DNA of 64,000 nucleotides from contig OX597823.1 of assembly GCA_951406725.2 (NCBI GenBank), positions 80,228,001-80,292,000 of the forward strand. Reading direction: 5' to 3'. This document shows positions 27,001-38,019 of this stretch, piece by piece. The DNA is from Octopus vulgaris. Lineage: Eukaryota. The translations under genes and the position numbers were made by a program. Numbering within the stretch: the stretch's first letter is position 1; every line of letters starts with the position of its first letter. The notes beneath the pieces were generated by a model. It was not told the DNA's origin, did no database searches, and saw nothing but the letters and a program-made list of their open reading frames with translations.

Positions 27001-30000
27001 CAGCAGTTGTTGTTCCTGATGGTGCAGCTGTTGTGCCAGCAGTTGTGGTCGCTGATGGTGCAGTTGTTGTGCCAGCAGTTGTGGTAGCTGATGGTGCAGC
27101 AGTTGTGGTTCCTGATGGTGCAGCTGTTGTGGTTCCTGATGTTGCAGCTGTTGTGGCAGCAGTTGTGGTTCCTGATGGTGCAGCTGTTGTGCCAGCAGTT
27201 GTTGTTCCTGATGGTGCAGCTGTTGTGGCAGCAGTTGTGGTCGCTGATGGTGCAGCAGTTGTTGTTCTTGATGATGCAGTTGTTGTGCCAGCAGTTGCGG
27301 TAGCTGATGGTGCAGCAGTTGTGGTTGCTGATGGTGCAGCTGTTGTTGCAGCAGTTGTTCCTGATGGTGCAGCTGTTGTGGCAGCAGTTGTGGTCGCTGA
27401 TGGTGCAGCAGTTGTGGTTCCTAATGTTGCAGTTGTTGTGCCAGCAGTTGTTGTTCCTGATGGTGCAGCTGTTGTGGCAGCAGTTGTTGTTCCTGATGGT
27501 GCAGCTGTTATGCCAGCAGTTGTTGTTCCTGATGGTGCAGCTGTTGTGCCAGCAGTTGTGGTCGCTGATGGTGGAGCAGTTGTTGTTCCTGATGGTGCAC
27601 CTGTTGTTGCAGCAGTTGTTGTTCCTGATGGTGCGGTTGTTGTGCCAGCAGTTGTGGTAGCTGATGGTGCAGCAGTTGTGGTTCCTGATGGTGCACCTGT
27701 TGTTGCAGCAGTTGTTGTTCCTGATGGTGCAGCTGTTGTGGCAGTAGTTGTGGTCGCTGATGGTGCAGCAGTTGTTGTTCCTGATGGTGCAGTTGTTGTG
27801 CCAGCAGTTGTGGTAACTGATGGTGCAGCAGTTGTGGTTCCTGATGGTGCAGCTGTTGTTGCAGCAGTTGTTGTTCCTGATGGTGCAGCTGTTGTGGCAG
27901 CAGTTGTGGTCGCTGATGGTGCAGCAGTTGTTGTTCCTGATGGTGCAGTTGTTGTGCCAGCAGTTGTGGTAACTGATGGTGCAGCAGTTGTGGTTCCTGA
28001 TGTTGCAGTTGTGCCAGCAGTTGTGGTAGCTGATGGTGCAGCAGTTGTGGTTCCTGATGGTGCAGCTGTTGTTGTTCCTGATGGTGCAGCTGTTGTGGCA
28101 GTAGTTGTGGTCGCTGATGGTGCAGCAGTTGTGGTTCCTGATGGTGCAGCTGTTGTGGCAGCAGTTGTGGTCGCTGATGGTGCAGCAGTTGTGGTTCCTG
28201 ATGGTGCAGTTGTTGTGCCAGCAGTTGTGGTAGCTGATGGTGCAGCAGTTGTGGTTCCTGATGTTGCAGCTGTTGTTGTTCCTGATGGTGCAGCTGTTGT
28301 GGCAGCAGTTGTGGTCGCTGATGGTGCAGCAGTTGTTGTTCCTGATGGTGCAGTTGTTGTGCCAGCAGTTGTGGTAGCTGATGGTGCAGCAGTTGTGGTT
28401 CCTGATGGTGCAGCTGTTGTTGCAGCAGTTGTTGTTCCTGATGGTGCAGCTGTTGTGGCAGCGGTTGTGGTCGCTGATGGTGCAGCAGTTGTTGTTCCTG
28501 ATGGTGCAGTTGTTGTGCCAGCAGTTGTGGTAGCTGATGGTGCAGCAGTTGTGGTTCCTGATGTTGCAGTTGTTGTGCCAGCAGTTGTGGTAGCTGATGG
28601 TGCAGCAGTTGTGGTTCCTGATGTTGCAGCTGTTGTTGTTCCTGATGGTGCAGCTGTTGTGCCAGCAGTTGTGGTCGCTGATGGTGTAGCAGTTGTGGTT
28701 CCTGATGGTGCAGTTGTTGTGCCAGCAGTTGTGGTAGCTGATGGTGCAGCAGTTGTGGTCGCTGATGGTGCAGCAGTTGTTGTTCCTGGTGGTGCAGCGG
28801 TTGTGGTCGCTGATGGTGCAGCAGTTGTTCCTGATGGTGCAGCTGTTGTGGCAGCAGTTGTTGTAGCTGATGGTGCAGTTGTCGTGCCAGCAGTTGTTGT
28901 TCCTGATGGTGCAGTTGTTGTGGTTCCTGATGTTGCAGGTGCTGTGCCAGCAGTTGTTCTTGCAGATAGTGCAGCAGTTGTTCCTGATGGTGCAGCTGTT
29001 GTCGCAGCAGTTGTGGTAGCTGATGGTGCAGCTGTTGTGGTTCCTGATGGTACAGCTGTTGTGGAAGCAGTTGTGGTAGCTGATGGTGCAGCAGTCGTGG
29101 TTCCTGATGGTACAGCTGTTGTGGTAGCTGATGGTGCAGTTGTTGTGGAAGCAGTTGTAGTAGCTGATGGTGCAGCAGTTGTTGTTCCTGATGTTGCAGC
29201 TGTTGTGGTAGCTGATGGTGCAACGGTTGTTGTTCCTGATGGTGCAGCTGTTATTCCTGCAGTTGTGGTAGCTGATGGTGCAGCAGTCGTGGTTCCTGAT
29301 GGCGCAGCTGTTGTGCCGGCAGTTGTGGTAGCTGATGGTGCAACAGTTGTGGTTCCTGGTGGTGCAGCTGTTGTAGTTGCAGATGGAGCAGCTGTAGATA
29401 CAGTTGTAGTAGCTGTTGTAGTTACAGATGATGCAGATATAGTTGCAGCTGTTGTCATTGCAGAATGTGCAGGTGTCGTAGTTCCTGGTGGTGCAGCAGT
29501 TGTGGTTCCTGATGGTACAGCTGTAGTTGCAGTTGTTGTCATTATTGATGTTGCAGCAGTTGTGGTTCTAGATGGTGCAGCAGTTGTAGTTCCTGCTGTT
29601 GCAGCTGTAGTTACAGCTGGTGTAGTTGCTGATGATGCAGCTGTTGTACTTCCTAATGGTGCAGCAGTTGTGGTTCCTGTTATTGCAGCTGTTGAGGAAG
29701 CAGTTGTGGTAGCTGATGGTACAACTGTTGTGGCAGCAGTTGTGGTAGCTGATGGTGCAGCAGTCGTGGTTCCTGATGGTACAGCTGTTGTGGCAGCAGT
29801 TGTGGTTCCTGATGGTGCAGCAGTTGTGGTTCCTGATGGTGTAGCTGTTGTGCCAGCGGTTGTGGTAGCTGATGGTGCAGCAGTTGTGGTTCCTGATGGT
29901 GCAGCTGTTGTGGCAGCAGTTGTGGTTCCTGATGGTGCAGCTGTTGTGCCAGCAGTTGTGGTAGCGGATGGTGCAGCTGTTGTGGTAGCTGAAGGTGCAG

Positions 30001-30854
30001 CAGTTGTGGTAGCTGATGTTGCAGCAGTTGTTGTTCTTGATGTTGCAGCCGCTGTTGTTGTTGCTGATGGTGCAGCAGTTGTGGTTCCTGATGGTACACC
30101 AGTAGTTGTCATAGCTGTTGTGGTTGCTGATGGTGCAGCTGTTGTGGTTCCTGTAGTTGCAGCTGTTGTGGTTGCTGATGGTGCAGCTGTTGTGGTTCCT
30201 GTAGTTGCAGCTGTTGTGGTTGCTGATGGTGCAGGTGTTGTTGTTCCTGATGGCACAGCTGTAGATGCAACTGTTGTGGTTGCTGATGGTGCAACAGTTG
30301 TTGAAGATCTTGCAGTAGAACCTCTAGTAACAGCTGTTGTCTTTGCTGAGGGTGCAGCCGTACTTGCGATACCAGTTGTTTCAGATGATGCACCTGTTGT
30401 AATTGGTGTTGCAGTTGTTATCGCTGTAGAAGCTGATGTTATTTTTGTTGGTGCACCAGTCGTGGTTGATGGTGTTGCTGTTGATGGTGCAGTACTTCTT
30501 TCAGTTGGAGCCAATGTTGCCGTTGTTTCACCAGAAGGTGCAGGTGTTGATGCACTTGAAGTGGTTGATGTTGCAGTTGTTCTTGATATCACAGTGGTCG
30601 TTGGAGCCATCGTTTCTGTTGTCTCACCAACAGATGTTGGTGCAATGGTTGTGGTTGTTGGGACAGTAGGTCTTGATGTTGAAACTGTCAATACACAAAT
30701 AGTATGAAGTTACATATATATATATATAAATTAAATTAGAGATAAAACCACTATTAGGCAACTCAGTATATCCCTATAAGTTTGGATATACTCCCTAATA
30801 TTATGATATATATATATACACTTATATAGGTAGATAGTAATATATTATATATAT

Positions 30855-30901
<47 letters not shown>

Positions 30902-31083
30902 TTAATCAATATAGGGTGGCAAAAAAAATTTTGTAGAATTCTTTTGCCACCAGCGGCCTAGTAGGAAAAAATTAAAATAGTCATAGACCATTTTTAAGTT
31001 ACTGAATTAACTTTTATTTGCGGTTGAAGCTTTGGCTGTTATTTCTAGTGGGTGAATGGCCTATTATGGCCGTTCCTTTATTG

Positions 31084-31125
<42 letters not shown>

Positions 31126-31667
31126 TAGACAGACAGACAGACAGACAGATAGATAGATCGTAGTGGCATTGTCAGTTACAACGACGAGGATTCCAGTTGA
31201 TCTAATCAATGGAACAGCCTGTTCAGGAAATTAATGTGCAAGTGGCTGAACACTCCACAAACACGTGTACACTTAACGTGGTTCTCGGGGAGATTCAGCA
31301 TGACACAGAGTGTGACAAGGTTGGCCCTCTGAAATACAGGTACAACAGAAACAGGAAGAAAGAGTGAGAGAAAATTGTGGTGAAAGAGTACAGCAGGGTT
31401 CTCCACCAACCCCTGCCAGAGCTTCGTGGAGCTTTAGGTGTTTTTGCTCAATAAACATTCACAATGCCCAGTCTGGGAATCAAAACTGCGAACCTATGAC
31501 TGCGAGTCCACTGCCCTAACCACTGGCCCATTGCGCCTCCACAATGGATGGATGGATGGCTGGATGGCTAGGATGCTGGCTGGCTGGATGGATGGATGGA
31601 TGGATGGATAGATAGATAGATTGATAGTCAAATTATATATATTATATATTATATATATAGCATATTG

Positions 31668-31704
<37 letters not shown>

Positions 31705-32192
31705 ATAAATATATATACACGTATATATAACACATATATATTACACATACTTATATTATGCAAACATAATATACATAAATATATACTTGTTTTATTATCA
31801 ATGGTCATCAAAAACAAATTATAATTGTTTCACCAGTGTTTGAATTTAGAATGATGGATAATGAGAAAGCTCAATTAGTTTTAATGTAGTTCATCTTGGA
31901 CACATTGGTTCCTAACAACTAAATGAGAGTAGAAGAGATGTTAACATGACATATTTCCATTTGCCAACCTGCTTAGAGCTAAAAGCAAAAATAATTTGCT
32001 TCCAAAGGTTCAAATATCATGCCTGGACATCAATAGGAGAGGCTATGTGGCAAGTAGCTTGCTTACGAACCACATGGTTCCGGGTTCAGTCCCACTGCAT
32101 GGCACCTTGAGCAAGTGTCTTCTACTATAGCCTCGGGCTGACCAAAGCCTTGTGAGTGGATTTGGTAGATGGAAACTGAAAGAAGCCCGTCG

Positions 32193-32229
<37 letters not shown>

Positions 32230-35200
32230 TTATATGTATGTGTGTGTATATGTTTGTGTGTCTGTTTGTCCCCCCAACATCGCTTGACAACTGATGCTGG
32301 TGTGTTTACGTCCCCGTAACTTAGCAGTTCGGCAAAAGAGACCGATGGAATAAGTACTAGGCTTACAAAGAATAACTCTTGGGGTCGATTTGCTTGGCCA
32401 AAGGCGGTGCTCCAGCATGGCCACAGTCACATGACTGAAACAAGTAAAAGAGTAAAAGAGATGTAAGTAACAGTTGCTGAACATTGCCAGATGAAGCTTA
32501 ATGCTTTGTTTCCTTTTCCTACTGAACATTAAAGATATATTCTGTATGAGCTAAAACGAATATCAATGTGCATGTTTATCTGTATGTCATTGCCAGTGTT
32601 AAGAAAATTAAATGATTTCAAAATCATCATCATTTAACGTCTGTTGTCCATGCTGGCATGGGTTGGATGGTTTGACCAAGGCTGGCAAGCTGGAAGGCTG
32701 CACCAGACTTCGCATGGTTTGTACAACTGGAAATAATTAGACTCTTATCTACCTCTTTGCGACAATCTTAAACCTCTTAATTTATCGAAATATTTTGTAA
32801 TAACAGGAATGTTGTTTGTTCCTTCCTGAGCCATGCCTGGCTCATAAGGACTGGTTTCCCGGTTTTCTTGGCGTATAGGTTCCCCACCTGGATGGGATGC
32901 CGGTCCGTCACAGGTGAGCTGCTAATTGCAGGAGGAAAGAGTGAGAGAAAGTTGTGGCGAAAGAGTCAGCAGAAGTTCGCCATTACCTTCTGCTGGAGCC
33001 GCGCGGGGCTTAGGTGTTTCACTCATAAACACACACATCGCCTGTTCTGAGATTTGAACCCGCGATCCTTCGACCGCGAGTCCGCTGCTCTGACCACTAG
33101 GCCATATGCCTCCACATAACAGGAATGCCCTATGAATGTTCAAAACTTACCCTTTGTTGCAGGACTAGTAGGAGGAGGAACAGTTCCAGTAACTGAAAAA
33201 ACAAAAACATTCACCTTTTAGTAAAATTCTATTAACCTCTAATTCTGTTACTGACAGAATTATATATCAAATCAGATCAAGAGGGTGTCTTGTTATCAAC
33301 AGTAGGACTAGTAACATATAAGCTGGGTGAGTTATGATGGGGAGAGTTTACGAAAAAAACAAAAGACGAAGACAGGTGGTGTACAAAACAAACAGATGTA
33401 TTAGTATAACGCTCAGGAATAAAAAAAGTATTTTATGTTTCGAGCTTATGCTCTTCTACAGAAAGGGACACAGAAAAAACAAGGAGAGAAACAAGGAGAG
33501 GAAAAATGTGTGTACTGGCTAACGATACCCCAAACATGAATGGCTTGTACTTCTAGTTACAAATAGTGAAGACAAGAATAGGAATTAATATTTACAACCA
33601 GTAAAACACTAGGTTTAGCTATATATTTCATAAAAAACATTGTTTTTCAATGTCTTTGGTTATACTTGTCCAGTGATGCAACCACTGTGTCAGTATAGTT
33701 CCAATAACAATGGTGACAATGGCATGTCTGAGCAACAGAGTGCAGAAGAATATCATGGCTTATTTTTATTCAAACACACTGATAAATTGTTCTTGTTTGC
33801 CCAATGTTTACATCATCATCATCATCGTCGTCGTTTAACATCTGCTTTCCATGCTAGCATGGGTTGGACAATTTGACTGGGGGCTGTTGAACCAGATGGC
33901 TGCACCAGGCTCCAAACTTGATCTGGCAGAGTTTCTACAGCTGGATGCCATTCCTAATGCCAACCACTGCGAGAGTGCAGTGGGTGCTTTTACGTGCCAC
34001 TGGCACGGGGACCAGTCAGGCAGTACTGGCAACAACCTCGCTCGAATCTTTTTACACATGCCACTGGCACAGGTGCCATTAAGGTGATGCTGGTAACAAT
34101 CACACTCGAATGGTGCCTTTTATGTGCCACTGGCACGGAAGCCAGTTAGCCACTCTGGCAACGATCACGCTCGGATGATGCTCTTTGCACCCCACTAGCA
34201 CGGATACCAGTCATCGAATTTGATTTTGATTTGAATTTCACTTGTCTCAACAGGTCTTCGCAAGCAGAGTTTAGTGTCCAAAGAAGGAAAAGGTACGCAT
34301 AAGTGGGCTGGTTACGCTCCTAGCATAGCCCAAACATGTCATTAATTATGACTAACAAGTTGTGCATTAAAACATTTCATATAAACCTTTCTGCCACTTT
34401 ATATTTTTGATAATAAATTCATTAGTTGTATCTTTGTGACTGTGGAATATTGGTAATTTCACTATAATTGTAGGCATAACTTTTACCAATAGTAGCATCA
34501 GGGGTTAAAATTATGTTCACGATACATACATCAGGAAAAATCAAAATCATTTTGTAGCATATTTGAAAATAATTGTAATAAAATATCTAATATACAGGTG
34601 CAAGCAAGACTTAGTAAACCCATAATAAATTCATGTGTGTAAATATCACACTAATGATCACTTTAAAATAAATATTGAATATTATATGTTTTATATTTCA
34701 ATCTTATTCATCTAAAGCATTACATCATGCTTCAATCAATTATTAATTACTTCATATACAATATCTATAATTAACAGTCAATATAATCATTCTTACCTTC
34801 TGAAATATTAAAGCAAGCCTTCACCTGCAACCAGACAAAATAGTCTTCTGGTACACCTCCTTCTACAATTCCTTGAGATTCCAAAATAATCTTCACAGCT
34901 GTTGCTTTTGGATAATTACTCAATATAAGGGGTCCTGTAATGTTGGTACCTCCCAGTGTCTTCTGGAATTCATTAGAGCCAGGTGTTTGCACAAGAATTG
35001 TTACCTTACCGACACTACCCCACATGTCAACTTCAAGTAGTTCAACTCCTTCAGGTTTATCTGTCAATTTTATAGTAACACTTGGTTTTGGTTCAGAAGG
35101 TGATTTTGGTACTGGAACCTCCCAACCAGACGAGTCTGGTCTGATATTAGTTACAGGATGGTCTGGTGTATCAGGAGTTGATGATATGAAGGAATCAGGA

Positions 35201-36390
35201 ATGATATTTATATCATTCATACCTTCTCTGACCACACAAGGTACTGGAAAGAAAACAAACCAATATAAATTGTAACGTTATCAATTGTACAAATCCATAT
35301 ATAACATTAGGATAAACATTACTTAAATTTTATTTAGTTTAAATTAAGATATATTAAATAAATTTCAAATTAGGAATTCAGATAAATAAATTATATCAAT
35401 CTATATTAACTATATATCTCAATTACATAATTATAAATGTAATGATGTTTATTCCTAATGAAACAGCTGTAGAAATTAATTAGATTATGATCTATCAAAT
35501 ATTGGGATAGACATTACTTAAAATTAATTTATTTTAAACTGATATATATTAAATGAAATTCAAATTATGAATTTACATTAATAAATTATATTAATTTATA
35601 TTGACTAAATATCTTAATTACATAATTTAAAATCAATGATGCTTATTCCTCAAGAAACAGCTGTAGAAATTAATTACATTATGATGCATAAATAAAATTT
35701 ATGCCATTCTGCTTTCTATTCTAAATATATGTAAGCTCTTGGTTGATTTTTAACTGATTATGTATACGCAAGCCAGCCTCTACCACCTGAATTTACTGGA
35801 ATGTTTTAACGTGCTGAAGGTTAATTAATTAACATGGTCTTAATTAACATAGATGTATACTTTTTGGTTTTTTATATATCATCTTTCTTTATATAGATGT
35901 ATGCTAACATAAAGTATCAAATGACTAATGTATAATCAAATGACTAATATAGACAAGGTTTTACTTGATAAGGTGATAAAAATTAGTGCGGTACTTTTAT
36001 TTTGTTACCTACAGCAGAGACAAAATAGTAGCTTTCGTTGATAGTTGAACAAAGGATGCTGGGAAAAGAAACTCATTTAGTTTATTGTAGTTCATTTTGA
36101 ACATGTTCATTCCAAACAACTAACTGAGGCTAAAATTAAGAGATATTTAAATACAAATGTTAAAATGGTAATTCCCATTTATACCTGTTGTTGTTCTCTG
36201 TGTAGTGGATTTAGGGACAAGACTTGTTGATGTAGTTGTTTCTAAAAGATGAGTTGTAGCAGTGGGTGTTGTAACAGATGGAGTGGTCACTATAGTTGTT
36301 GTACTTGCTGACGTCACTATTTACATAAAGAAAGGGAAAACATTGTGTAATTAATATAAAAATTAAATTTATTATCACAAATATCAACTA

Positions 36391-36433
<43 letters not shown>

Positions 36434-37969
36434 ATATAGGAACAAAAAGATGACACCAGAAAAGACAGAGATGATGTAATGAACTTACAGCTGTTTCTGT
36501 TCTAAGATGTGGTGGCCTGTTAATCCCATAGCTTCATCAGAGCCTTGACTATGAAGTGCACCCTCTCTGCATGACTATATGTCTGCATAATTTTTCTTTT
36601 CTTATATTTCATTCTCATATAAACACATGTGCATATTTGCATACATTTTTTCTACATTTGGACAGATCTTTCCATAGGATTCAGTATTAGCTTTCTCACT
36701 CATAACACCTGTAGGTTCTGAAAATGTAACTTTCCTAAATAGGTGCACTTCGTATTCAAGGCTATGATGAAGTTATAGGACGTTACCCTGGGACTCCAGA
36801 AACAGTTCACCACATCCTATAGCAGAAACAGCTTCAGCTAATGAAGTTCATTATGGAACATTTGGTTTTTTTTCTAGTGTCATCACTTTTTTGCTTATTT
36901 CTTTATTGCCCACAAGGGGCTAAACATAGAGGGGACAAACAAGGACAGACTAAGGGATTAAGATGATTACATCGATCCCAGTGAGTAACTGGTACTTATT
37001 TTATCAACCCCAAAAGGATGAAAGGCAAAGTCGACCTCGGCAGAATTTGAACTCAGAACGTAATGGCAGACAAAATACCGCTAAGAATTTCACCCGGCGT
37101 GCTAATGTTTCCGCCAGCTCACCACCTATTCTCGCCACTCCATACTCAAATAACATTGTGTTCTGTACTATGTGTGCCTTGAGTTCTACTCCAGGTTATT
37201 AATCATACTACACCTAAGCAAAATACTAATATATATATATACATACACATGAATATATAAGTATGTATGTAAGTATACCTGCATGTATGTACTTATATAT
37301 ATATATGTATGTATATATATATATGTGTGTGGAGGCGCAATGGCCCAGTGGTTAGAGCAGCGGACTCGCAGTCATAGGATCGCGGTTTCGATTCCCAGAC
37401 CGGGCGATGTGTGTGTTTATTGAGCGAAAACACCTAAAAGCTCCACGAGGCTCTGGCAGGGGGTGGTGATCCCTGCTGTACACCTTCACCACTCTTTCTT
37501 CTGTTGGCCTGCTCGCTTAGCCAGCGGGGTGGCGTCATTCCAAGGCTAAAACAATGCGAACGCATTGTAACCAGCGATGTGTAGAAACATCTGATGGTCT
37601 GGTCGATCACGTGATCACGTGATATATATATGTATTTTTGTATATGTATATACATCATGGACTCTCCCATCGTTGGACAATACATGAGGGTTTGGCAATT
37701 TCCAAACGAACAACCACACAGATGATTTGTTTCTAATGATTAAATGTTTGTGTTGACATTAAGCTCACTCTCTCCATCAAATCGACATTATCTGTACACC
37801 AAGTGCACCCTGTGTCACATGTCAGACGACGAAATGATCACAGAGCAATGTGAAATGAAGTGCTTTGCTCAAGCACACAATGCAACGCCTGGTCTGGGAA
37901 TTGAACACACAATCTCGCAATCATGAGTGCAACACCCTAACCATTAAGCCATGCACCTTTATATGCACA

Positions 37970-38019
<50 letters not shown>

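Noticed and set aside
26040-30270. Antifreeze-glycoprotein-like (Ala-Ala-Thr)n resemblance
   Set aside because: The periodicity is 8 or 4 residues (APSxTTTA), not tripeptide, and the array is embedded in a cystine-knot mucin.
27091-30393. Gln/His/Leu-rich ORFs (for example 571 aa at 27508-29223) and MVQQL repeats
   Set aside because: Alternative frames of the same tandem repeat, interrupted by stops wherever the repeat varies.
25773-30707. 1,644-aa plus-strand ORF (V/A/D/G/P repeat)
   Set aside because: It is the antisense shadow of the mucin PTS exon. Thr/Ala/Pro/Ser codons in this register give no stops on the opposite strand, and the ORF begins and ends with the exon. The minus frame has splice sites and gene context.
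33980-34200. Spaced GTGCCACTGGCAC repeats resembling a CRISPR-like array
   Set aside because: The intervening sequences are related to each other, so these are internal tandem subunits of an interspersed eukaryotic repeat. No cas genes are present.
37330-37405. tRNA-like sequence (A and B boxes), also at 9335, 51380 and 60932
   Set aside because: These are heads of tRNA-derived SINEs that continue into SINE body sequence, with no proper cloverleaf or terminator.
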